Made by a program: the position numbers and the translations under genes
Origin: Dimorphilus gyrociliatus
Lineage: Eukaryota; Animalia; Annelida
DNA length: 64,000 nt
Assembly: GCA_904063045.1 (NCBI GenBank)
Contig: CAJFCJ010000005.1
Coordinates: forward strand, 354,003 to 418,002
Direction of reading: 5' to 3'
The notes under the pieces: generated by a model
What the model was told of the DNA's origin: nothing
Seen by the model: only the letters and a program-made list of their open reading frames with translations
Database searches by the model: none
Shown: piece after piece, positions 38,689 to 50,700 of the stretch
How the letters are laid out: each line of letters opens with the position of its first letter
How positions within the stretch are numbered: the first letter of the stretch is position 1

Positions 38689-39116
38689 ATGGATACCAAC
38701 ATAAATTATGTTATATCATCAACGTCTATAGAAAAACAACCTATACAGCAAAAAGTTGAACTATCTGAGAAGAAAAATGTTTCAGTTGTAATAATTGAAC
38801 CAGAGCCTTATTTCGACGATAATACGGTAGATGAGAATAAAAAAATTACTCATTTATTATCATGTTCATCGTCTTTGTTCTCAAACAGTTGTTGACCGTT
38901 TGTTCAATTTTCTTCTGTTGGTTTTGCGGTTGCATTGCTTGTGTATATTCTTCGTCGGCCAGAACCGAATACAACCGAGGTAATACTGAGAAGGCAGCAA
39001 AGTTAGTAAATACTGCAAAGGCTTGTGGAATTACGGCAATAGCTTGTGGATTTACTTTCACAGTAACTGGGTTAGTTGCTTTAATGCTTTTAATGAAACA
39101 ATGGAGGGATGGGTAA
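38689..39116 (+). CDS. CD225/dispanin membrane protein 2 (exons 38689-38826, 38889-39116)
   Basis: Spliced DDNT|LLTVCSIFFCWFCGCIACVYSSSARTEYNRGNTEKAAKLVNTAKACG. Phase-0 intron at the same position as in dispanin 1. Confidence 0.8.
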
Positions 39117-39679
39117 TATTTATTCCTCTCATTTTCTAATGATCTTTAAGAAGAATATTATTAAAGAATGTTTAATCTAATCAACGAACAAATATAACAA
39201 TTGTTTATTAACTTTGGAATAACATCTCTCAATCCCTCTTGACTCTTTTCGAAAGATAACGGCGGTCTTTTCCTTTTTTCATTAACCTTCTGATTCAAAA
39301 AGTAAAACAACGTCTTTTCAACAAGTAACAAGCTTCTTCTAGCCAATAAAAAAAATGTCTATTTCCTCATTCAATACAACATTTACAAATGTTGATGATT
39401 CAGGTCTTTTTCATAGTTTCATACTACTAACTTTATTAGGAATTTACAAGTCAAAGATCAAGTAGTTAAATAGTGGATAGTACAATAAAATCCTACAAAT
39501 TTGAATCGTATAAACAGTTTTTTACTACACTCATTTCCTATCGCTTGCGATTGCGTTGGTTTATTCCTAGTTCAAAAGAGAAAGGATAAATTCTTAAAAT
39601 AGTTAAAAATGATTGAATAATCGTCAGATTGGAAGAATTTAAATTGATAAAATAAACAAACAAACAACAAAATTTCACA

Positions 39680-41732
39680 TTATTTTAACATTTCTTTAAA
39701 ATTAATATTAATCAATTTTCTTTTCTTATCGAAAGCGTGTCTTATTTTTAAAGCATTTACTTTCTGTCTTATAACCTCACTACCTTCATCATCTGGATAT
39801 GACAAACTGTTATCAATTATACCTAAAAATACAATAAGGCTCTCTTGTACATGATTGAATGTCATTTGACCATATCTTAAACCATTGCACGAGGAATCAG
39901 CTTCACCAAGAATATCCAATATTTTATTCGTCTCACTTTTACTTAGCTGTTGAAAATGTTGAAAAATTAATATTTATACGAAAATATGCTTTAGACCTAC
40001 ATTTTTCAATCCAGTATCCTTTAAGACCTTTGTTAAAAGAAATGGAATTTCGGAATACTTGCAAAATGAACCAACAAAACTACTTAGTATAATACTTAGA
40101 GTTGTCTTTTTAATGACCTTGAAATATCATTTCAATAAGAAAAAATTAACTTGAATGCTAGTTGTATAAGATACAAAACACTTACTAAATTGATTAGGTG
40201 GTATTTTGAACTTAGAATATTACATATATCAGCAATTTCATTGATCATATCAACCTTATTTTGCACATGTATAGATAATTTTGGCAACATTGCTACAAAA
40301 GCTCTCATAGCCCTTATCCAATAGGTTTCGTATCCTGCTATATCAACAACCCATTTTAATACTCTAATACAACAGCATAATCTTGAAGAATCTCTTGAAT
40401 TATGGAATATTGAAAATTCGAATCTTTTCATCTCAATTTTCCTAAGGATAACCTATTAATGAAAGAATACAAATAGTGCTATTTCTATTCTAATTCAAGC
40501 ACAACAATATACCTGCCAAAATTTTTCCAATTCAATTGATTTAAAAAAATTCCAACGTTCTTCTTCAGTTTTAGGTTTAAGATAATTTTCAAAAATCATA
40601 AAAAATCGAACTTCTAGGAATAAAAAATCATTCAATCCCATCATGAAATTTGATAAATTCGTAAAATTAACACTTTCCATATTCTATATTATATTTGAAA
40701 AAGATGATTCTGAAATGAACAATTAAATATTGTTTGGTCTTACTTGCATAAACATTGGATAAATTTCTGGAATCATGTATAAACTATGATCTCTTGAATT
40801 GCATTTTGAACTGATTTTTTGATATTTAACCTCGAAATATTTTAATTTAGGATGCCTATTCACAAATTTCCTGTTCGAAGAAAAAGAAGAAAAAAAGAGA
40901 CAGATTGAATGTATTTAAAGAGAAGAATGTAAGATTTTTACTTTAAAATCCTTTCATCTAACTCAAATGATTTACAAATTCTAAAGCATTGTAGATTTAT
41001 CCAAGTAGCTTTCTCAAATATAGCTTTTAGCCATATTCCTTTTCCTTCCATTTCATAAAATACACCTTGGCAAGGTAAATATATTTCTTCGAGAAGTGGT
41101 AAACTTATTAAAATTTCCATATCATCAACTTTAGACGTATTATATACTTCTGAAAATTTAAATACCAAAAGACCCTTTAAATTGCCAACCGGTTTAATAG
41201 TTGTAACTTTAGTATCAGTTATATTTAAGTCTTTTAAAGATGGAAATTGTCTACATACAAATTCAAGGCATATATCGTCAAATGTTGTAAAACTAACATT
41301 TAATGTTTGTAAGTTTTGTAGAACCATTAATTTCTTTATTTCATTGATTGTTTGTTTATCACTAAAATTCGCGCGACTAGCGTTTAATTCTTTCAAATGT
41401 TTACAATCTTTCGGTGTTATCCATAGGTCAAAGTTACAATTTTGAAGATTTGTAATATTAATAACCTCTATTGGATGCTTTCTAATAAATGATAGATAGC
41501 AATTTCTGACGACTCGATGGCAATTCAATTTTATATCCCTAAACGTTAATTTATCGGAATTGAATAGTAGAAGATCTTCTTCGGAAATACCCAGAAATTT
41601 TTGATCAAAATACTGTAATATTTGCTGAGAGATATGAAAAGGTAAGATGATGTTATGTTGCTCAACAATTTCAAAGAATATCTTCTTATTTTCCGTTATA
41701 TATAGGAGAACTATATCAGTTAAACTTATCAT
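39680..41732 (-). CDS. ZYG11/ZER1-like LRR protein, copy 3; 3' end approximate
   Basis: MISLTDIVLLYITEN...LPFHISQQIL. LRRs LQTLNVSFT, LKDLNITDTKV. Downstream helical exons (40495, 40132, 39680 ORF fragments). Confidence 0.7.
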
Positions 41733-42282
41733 ATCTTCATATAGACTCGTCCTTAATCCTTAATATTGATTTAATGCGGTAATATTCATTGATAATTTTT
41801 CGATATATAAAACAAAATATCGAAAACACTCCTTCTCTAGCAGAATAGTTGAATGTTTTACCAAGATATAGATTGATCGATAATAACTTCATTGACTGTA
41901 GATGTCGCTTTGAAAGAGAAAAATTTAATAACTGGCTATTTCTTCATTCTTGTTGCCACTGCAATATTGTATATTGTTTGATTGGTTTAAAGAGACTACT
42001 ATAATTGTATTTATAACAACTCTACACTAATAACAATGCTAAGATATTTACCTGAAAGAAAGTCAAAAAAGCGTTATATTAAACAAAGAGTATTAGGCCT
42101 ATAAAAGAAACTGATAGTAGATAAAAGGCCTTTATAATTTCAAGATAATATTAAAAAGGTTTCAAACGTTCTTGTTAATATTTATTAACTGTAGTTATGC
42201 AAATCTAGAAGGTGAAGTTGAATGATAATTGAGGTAAAAGTCGACGATTTACCCTTATCATTCGAAATTTTATAATGGAAGA

Positions 42283-42318
<36 letters not shown>
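42283..42318. repeat. (GA)n microsatellite
   Basis: Near-perfect GA run. Confidence 0.9.
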
Positions 42319-42713
42319 CTTTTCGATTTCAAAATATACTATATATTTGTTCTTTAAGAGAGAACTGACCTATTGAAGATAAATATCATCCTATACTATT
42401 AATACCTGCAAAAAATTTAAATTCAAATCAAATATGCTCGTCTATATACTTGATATCAATGACCTAAAGGTAATGATTTCTTCTATAGAGAATAAATAAT
42501 AGACACGATCAACTATAAACAGAATTCATTTTATTTTCAACTATTAAAGTAAATTCAAAATGTTCTTTATCTCCTTTCTTCAATTAAAATTGCAGAATAT
42601 TCTCTAATTTAAAAGTAATCTTCTCTCTTCTAGTTTTTCTTGATGCTGAGCAATTTTTATTCATTAAGAATTCTGAATATGGAGTTCAAAATCCTTTCAA
42701 ATAACCTATTTAA

Positions 42714-43840
42714 TCAATTTGAACTATTGGGGCTAGATATATGTAGAACGTTATTATTTGATTCTTGAATACCTATTCGATTAAAATGAAATCTAAAAGA
42801 ACTCCATAACTTTTGAACTTGTTTCTTAAAATGATTGTTATAGAGGACAAATACAAAAAAGTTGGCTGAAGAATTGATCGAAAGTGCAACCATAGCTAAT
42901 CCATAGACGTATGAATAAGGATGTTCACATTTTGTTGCAATTTCTTGATTAACAGTTGCGACATAAATTCGTCGAACTCCATTGACTAGTTGGGAAATAA
43001 CAAAAAGTGAATTAACAATAATCATCGATTTTGTTAAGCCTTGTTTATAGTTGCGAGTAGTACGTTTTAATCTCTAAGTATTCAAGTTACCTACTCAAAA
43101 TAATAGTTTATGATTATAGTGTCTTTATTTATATAATATATACAGAAATATATGTTTAACTAGGCAACTTGAATAATCAGTCCCGTCATTAGAGTTAATG
43201 TTATCATTGGTATTGCCAACTGCATTATCCAATACTGAATGGTAACGTATGTAGCGTATTTTTTATTTGTTTTTAACTTTGTTGTTGAAATAACCCAAGA
43301 ATTGTTATCTTTACTTCTAATCGCTTCGTACTCCAACATTCTTGATATGTTTATGCCAAATGTGAAAAAAAATATAAATATTTGAAAAATTACAGTCCTG
43401 GTCCTTGTAAGTTTATTAGAATGGTGAGGTTTACACACTGCAATATATCTTTCAAACGTTATGAGCATCATATGCCAACTACTGGCCATAAGAGATCCTG
43501 TAACAACTGGTGAAAGTATCTTTTGAGTTAAGTTTATATAGGTTTCATTATCTAATGGAGATTTTCCATTGGCTAGTTTAGATAAATATTTAAAAAGATC
43601 ATTATATGAAAATACAAAAGAATGAGATATTAAGAATATAGAATCTGAAATTTCAAGTCCAATAAGCATCAGTGTTGTCTTTTGTTTCGTTTTATCTAAT
43701 AACAATGCAGTTATAGCTATAAAATTAACTAAAAATCCAATAAGATTAACAAAAGAAACTCCAAAACCTAGTGTTATCAGACGAAAAATTTCGCATTTTT
43801 CCAGAATATTCGTAGAATTTCTTCCATTCATAATTTTCAT
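42714..43840 (-). CDS. Rhodopsin-class 7TM GPCR, FMRFamide/peptide receptor-like (2 exons, intron in ICL3)
   Basis: Seven hydrophobic segments. ERY motif (ITFERYIAVCKPH), TM7 INSSANFFVF, N-terminal glycosylation sequon. Splice LIIQ|RLKRTT joins ORFs 43160 and 42714. Confidence 0.9.
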
Positions 43841-45042
43841 TCTACTCCATTATTACAGTACAAGTTTATCTGGATATTCTTCATCAAACTCTGCACCAAA
43901 TAATATTTAATTGCGGATCAATATATATGTACTGTATCTAGTTAATAATGAAATTATATATAACTGATAAAATATATATGAAAGGACAACAAACATATCT
44001 TTTTGAGGTATTACAAACATTGATTTAATCCCGAGTTAGTAAGTTAATATAGTTAGAAATATTTTTCAACAATTAATTGCCCTTTTTCAGTGAAATGTGA
44101 AACATTTAATATCCTCTACGTCTAGTTTGCTCTTGATCAACATTTATTTAAATTGAAGACGTCTATATATAGAAACTTACATACGTGTCAAAGATAAGAG
44201 GACAAACACTTGGTTCAATTTTCTTTGTTCTCTTACCTTTATACAAAATAATTATAATTCCTTTGCATTTATGAAGTAAAAATAGGCTAAAATTATGTTC
44301 GTTTCTCTCTCTCTCTCTCTCTTTCTTTCTCTATCCGTCTATCTTTTTCTGAATTATTTCGCAAACTTTCCACTACCTACACCAGTTTCCCAAATGCAAA
44401 AAACAACTTTTTTCTAACGAAACCTTAAAAGAGCAATTACTACTTGCAAGATAATTTTACATGTTCTACCGGATGAATTTATACGTGTCCTGCTGTTTTT
44501 TTCAAATGGCTTTGATATTTCTTTTCTAAAGTATTTCGAATTTTATCGAAAAAGATTCAAAAGTTAACCAATTACACTCTAACGACAATTCTTTAAAGAA
44601 AGATCTAATAAAGTTGCCTTTAAAAGAAAAATAATTCATAAAACGATAGTCATTAATAAACTAATATTTAAACGCTTAACAATGTAATCTTCAAGTAACA
44701 AAATACGAATTTAGAAGAGGTTTTTGCCTTTTATTAGTGCTTTACTCATACATTTTACAGTAAACAGAAAACTTGAAAGACTAAAAGCAACTTCAATCAA
44801 CATACGGTTGGAAAGTAGATGAAAAACATAACATAGTATGAATAGACTGGCTTCTTAGGGAAGTCCTTTTATGAATAAATATTAGAGGTATGATTATTGT
44901 TATAAGCGAAAGTTTGACATATTTGATTTTAAGTATTGCTATAGAATACGGTATAATCAACGTGTAATTAAAGAAAAATTATTAAGAATATTAATATATG
45001 CAGTATATATATACAGTATATATTAATATAGTAGTACATATA

Positions 45043-45045
<3 letters not shown>

Positions 45046-45076
<31 letters not shown>
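45046..45076. repeat. (TA)n microsatellite
   Basis: About 15 TA units. Confidence 0.9.
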
Positions 45077-45078
<2 letters not shown>

Positions 45079-46574
45079 AAACTATTCTTAAGAATTGTTA
45101 ATTTGCAATAAATTAATAATTACTTACTCGTTCACTCTTTCTCCTACTCTATCTATCTCTATCTCTCTCTTCCTTTCTATTTCTTCCTTTCCCTCTCCGC
45201 ACCCCCCCCCTCTCTCTCTTTCTTTCGCCTTGTTTTAAAATCGTCTATCGCGTCAATCGGATAGATCTATATTTTCCCCTTCTTTAAAGATATACTACTA
45301 TCCATACAGACTGTTTGTTGTACTTGCACAGAAAACTGACATAACTTTTTACTGTGCTTCCATCTAGCGAGGAAAGGGGAGGAACTTTTTATCGTTTCTT
45401 TTTCAAGTAGCAAACATTTGATACTGACTAGAATTAAATATAATATAATAGTTGTATTAATTACATTAAGATTCCGATGAAAAATATCAACTTCCTGACA
45501 AAGTATAATAATAACCTTTAAATATAGAAAGCTCTTATCCAAGACCATATTAACTTTATATCAAGATATATCGTACATTTGATAGAAAATAGGTAAATTC
45601 ACGTTAAAAGGTTAAAATAAATACTGTAAATGGATACTAATAAATTGTAAAAGATAGGCTTCTCTCTTTCCCAGAAGTATATTGCTAACAGTTTTAGGTT
45701 CAAAATTTACATTTTCACTTAGTAGGCTACAAATATTTACTAATTAAACTAAAAGAATCGCTTTCGTGACGAGTAGAGAGAGAGAGAGAGAGAGAGGGGA
45801 AAGGCTCTTGTGAAAATATAATATTTTTCCATATAAATTATTTATTATCTATAAACATATTCATAAAAGAAACATTTACTCTAAATGAAACTCTATTGTT
45901 AAACTTTTTACTCTCTTTCGTCGTGTCTTTTCAATGGAAGATAAACATTTAAAATCATTTCCAGAAGTATATTTGTGGCCTTTAGAATTTGATATCTTTT
46001 ACTTTAAGAAAAAAAAGCCTCACATATGTCGTTTCCTCCTACTAACGTACTACTATTTCTAATGATAGCTTGACTTTTGTTGTATCGTATTGCTAAATGT
46101 ATTACTAAGGTTTGTTTATAGATAATACTTGGTTAAAAATAAACATTAATCTTTTACATAATACGACCTTAAATGACATTTTTCAACATTTATCACAATT
46201 TTAATATATTATTATTAAAGAGAATAGTCAACACATCATAAAGACGAGGGCGGAAGAAACTGCACACAAGAGAAAGATGTATTTTTATCTGTTTATCTAT
46301 TTTTGTCACTTAGGACCATCTCCAGTCTTCCTTTTTTAATGACTTTACTTGTATTTCTTCTCTACCCAACTTTGATCTTATTTAATATAATATGTTTGAA
46401 ATGAAAATTTCAAACTCAACGATGATTGATAGTCGATAAAACATATAGACACAGCCTACCATTCTTAACGCTTAATAGATACTTCTTCAATTCTTTCAAA
46501 TGTCAAGTTGAAATACACTTCTTTATTACAAAAAAAAATGTTTGAGACAATATTCCAAAAGAAAATATGACTAC

Positions 46575-46646
46575 TGGAGAATCCGGGGATCGATCCCGGG
46601 ACCTCTCGCATGCTAAGCGAGCGCTCTACCGCTGAGCTAATTCCCC
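46575..46646 (-). tRNA. trnA: tRNA-Ala (AGC) copy 1
   Basis: GGGGAATTAGCTCAGCGGTAGAGCGCTCGCTTAGCATGCGAGAGGTCCCGGGATCGATCCCCGGATTCTCCA; G3:U70 identity pair present. Confidence 0.97.
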
Positions 46647-47769
46647 AATTGATATACATTGTCAAATATAAAATCGTATGAACGAGGTATTTTCCCCCTT
46701 TTCCTTTTCTTCTGAAGAGAATTATAAAAATATTAGTTTTCATTCATTTTCATTCATTGAATTCTAGAATATCATTGTTTGAATTGAAAAAATGTACCAA
46801 TTTACTTGAATGGTAGAGTCTAATAGGATAAAACATTAAAGGTATTAAATTGCTTATATCTAGTCAAAGTCTTAAACTATCAGAGTTTACGTTGCATAAT
46901 TTTCATATTATTGCTGTCCAAATATTTGCAATTCATTAAATTCCTTATCTTCTATTGCATACATAATAATTCTGAAGGATTATAATAGATATGAATATTT
47001 TAAAGATCTATTAGTGGTAGGAAAAATATTGGCTATCCTCTTCAAATGAAAAAGTAGCCGACATTATTGAAAAGCCAATAAAATGTTTAGTTTTCAAGTT
47101 TTTACTTCTCCTCAATATCCTTCATATAGTGTTGTACTGAGTAGAGTTAGTTTCTTGCTAGATTCTTATAGTTCAATTTGAACTTTGAACTCTTTGCTAT
47201 CTTTCATCTTAAAGAAATTTTGTTCAATGATTTGGAGATTGACAAACCGCATATTTATTCAAATTGGTGCTGGAAAATTGCCAAGAATATTTCATATTCT
47301 TGTTTTCAGTAGCATTGAAACTGAAAAAGAATAACAACCTTAACTTTGCACTTGCGTATTTGATTTTTTTAAATATTCTATGTCATTGCCCTATTTAATA
47401 TTTTTAGTTTCTACGTCACTAATTCCAGATTTAGATATGCCTTATGTATAGCGTATTTTAAAGTATTCAAAAACATATTGTAGGAGAACCAATGATTTTG
47501 CTTATATGTGGTTTAGAATAGTAAGAAGACTATCAACAAATAAAACCTTATTGAAATCACCTTAGAATTATTATCGCCTACGCTTTCAAAGCCTTGGTTC
47601 GTTAGGTGTATAAAAATAGAAAAAAGACCTTCAGCTGGATAGGTCTTCTTTTACGTTTAAAATGTTGTGAACTTTTAGCTATCGGTAGATTAGTGGAAAG
47701 TTTTACTTCAGTTTTTTGTCATTTATTCCCTTATACGAAAAAAACAAAAGAAAATATAATCTTTATGAG

Positions 47770-50700
47770 ATGATATTGAAGCTATTGTTAACTATATGCT
47801 TACTATCAGTTTCAGGTTTATTTAATATTTAGCTAATTAATCAATGAAAGGAGGTTATTTGAAAAAATACTAATTACTTTATTTCTTTAATAGCTGGACA
47901 AAATATTTTCAATTGCAACTTTGAAAATAACCGAATATGCAATGGTATTACGAGTTTTAACTTATGGTCTATTGGAAGATATGGAAGTGATTATGATTTT
48001 AAAGGAACTGGTCCTATTCACAATCGAGATGGGATAGCAGGAGGTATTTAGGGTATTTAATTGTAACAAAGCTTTCTATACTGCATAACTAAATATTATA
48101 TTTTTGAAATATCTTTATTACTATGTTTCTTAATAGGGAGCTATTATGCCTATGTTGATAATAGAGATAGAAACTTGAAAAGTTCCTTCACCCTCGATTT
48201 AAATAATGGACGTTCTGAATCCAACTTTTGTCTGTCATTTTGGTACAATTTCAAAGGTATTGATATTGGAAATTTTTACATTGAAGATAACAACGGAGAA
48301 ATGCTATTTTATCGTTCAAAACGTTTGTAAAATGATTCTTTATCTCATTGTTTAATTTATATTATTTAATATTTTTATCCTCAGATTTAAATGGTTTTGA
48401 TGGAACTTTAAAGTGGTTTCAATACAGAAGATACGTAAATAAGCCGACCAGAACTTTAACATTTATATCAACTTCTTCAGGCGACTACAGTGAACTAGCA
48501 ATTGATGATATACAAATATACTCTGGATATTGTAATGGTGGAGAAAATATAGCTTTTCGACCTTCACCTATTTATTATACTGCTTCAAATAATTGGAATA
48601 GGGACTGGAATAGTGTTAATTCAATTTATTTTAATAGGCAAGTTCATCAATTTTCAAACCGCTGGATTTGGAGTTCGGAGAGGAGGGATATTGGTGTATT
48701 TGGCACAGGACCAAACAACGGTGGAAGCAGCTATGGAAATGGTCTATATTTTTCTTAAAACCCTAATAAATGATAATAAATGTCTTTTAAATTAAATAGG
48801 ATGGTATTTAACAACCAATTTTCAAAATGTGGGAGAATCAGCTGCGTTCAGAACATCAAACTTTAGAAGTATATCCAATTCCAACGGTTTTTTTAGCTTC
48901 TACTATTACATTTATGGTGAAAATATTGGAATGATGAGAATTTGGGCTATATCCTCAGGAGGTACTATTGGTACTGATTTATGGTCAAGAAACGCTCATA
49001 GTTTGTATTCAATTGTTGTTATTAAGAGATACAAATTTCATTATTGTCCTAATAGGAAATAATTACATTGGAGAAAGACGATGGTTTAAAGCCTGTATCA
49101 ATTTACCTACGGGTACTGAATTTTTAATAGTCGTTGTTACTAGTGGAGGTCGGCAGTCGGAATTTGCATTTGATGCGTTCACTTACGGATATGAAACTTG
49201 CTCTGGTACGTTAGAATACTATATTGTTATTAAAAATTTCAAATTAGCTTTCATAACTTTTTGTTCTATCTAAATAGTTCCTACTGATACGAGAAATCCT
49301 CCTCCGCATCAAAATATTCCTCCCATTCCGGTTCCCTCGCCCTCTCCTGTTCCTGCTCCTGCTCCTGTTCCGGCTCCTGTTCCTGCTCCAGTTCCAGTCC
49401 CTGTTCCTGTACCAAGTCCTGCTCCAGAGATAACTAGAAATTCTGATTATATTTTGTGTGTAAAAAAAGGCGCAAGATGCTTTCAAAAAATTGCCAGCGA
49501 TGGATCGGGAATAATAGGTGCTACTGGCCCTCGTGGCGCTATTGGACCAAGAGGACCAACTGGTTCTCGAGGACTTCCTGGTAGTATTGGACAAAAAGGT
49601 GAACGGGGTCAAATAGGTTTTACCGGGCAGAAAGGAGAACGGGGCTTCAATGGTGTTCCCGGAAACAATGGTCAAAAAGGTGCTCAAGGAAATCCAGGAT
49701 TTGGCATTAAAGGTCAAAAAGGTGCACAAGGTCCACGAGGTTTTCAGGGACAAAATGGACGCGATGGACAACCTGGAGTAAAGGGTGAACGTGGTCAAAT
49801 AGGTTTTACCGGGCAAAAAGGAGCACGCGGCTCCGATGGTATTCCCGGAAACAATGGTCAAAAAGGTGCTCAAGGAAATCCAGGATTTGGCATTAAAGGT
49901 CAAAAAGGAGTTCAAGGAAATCCAGGATTTGGCATTAAAGGTCAAAAAGGTGAACAAGGTCCACGTGGTTTTCAGGGACAAAATGGACGCGATGGACAAC
50001 CTGGAGTAAAGGGTGAACGTGGTCAAATAGGTTTTACCGGGCAAAAAGGAGCACGCGGCTCCGATGGTATTCCCGGAAACAATGGTCAAAAAGGTGCTCA
50101 AGGAAATCCAGGATTTGGCATTAAAGGTCAAAAAGGAGTTCAAGGAAATCCAGGATTTGGCATTAAAGGTCAAAAAGGTGAACAAGGTCCACGTGGTTTT
50201 CAGGGACAAAATGGACGCGATGGACAACCTGGAGTAAAGGGTGAACGTGGTCAAATAGGTTTTACCGGGCAAAAAGGAGCACGCGGCTCCGATGGTATTC
50301 CCGGAAACAATGGTCAAAAAGGTGCTCAAGGAAATCCAGGATTTGGCATTAAAGGTCAAAAAGGTGCACAAGGTCCACGAGGTTTTCAGGGACAAAATGG
50401 ACGCGATGGACAACCTGGAGTAAAGGGCGAACGTGGTCAAGCCGGTTTTAACGGACAGAATGGACTTGATGGTAGAAAGGGAGAACGGGGAAGTCCTGGG
50501 CTTGGCTTCATAGGTGCAACCGGCTTTACGGGTCGACCTGGAAGAGATGGCTTAAAAGGAGAAAGGGGTTCAAATGGACTTAACGGTAAATTAGATTACT
50601 TTTAGTTAGTATAATATATTGAAGTAAATATTTTCTCAAGGTATTCCTGGCAATATGGGTCCAATGGGTGCCACCGGTCGAGATGGTCCGCGCGGATTTT

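Noticed and set aside
39161-39346. 61-aa minus-strand ORF as a possible last exon of ZYG11-like copy 3
   Set aside because: Could not link it by a consistent splice and frame; left unannotated.
46465-46743. 92-aa minus-strand ORF
   Set aside because: Runs through tRNA-Ala copy 1; no protein features.
49598-50425. Regularly spaced direct repeats could be mistaken for a CRISPR array
   Set aside because: No unique spacers, in-frame collagen coding sequence, eukaryotic context, no cas genes.
49244-50440. 398-aa repetitive antisense ORF (also 50902-51132 and 51535-51804)
   Set aside because: Shadow of the Gly-X-Y repeats; the stop-free frame is propagated by the tandem duplication.
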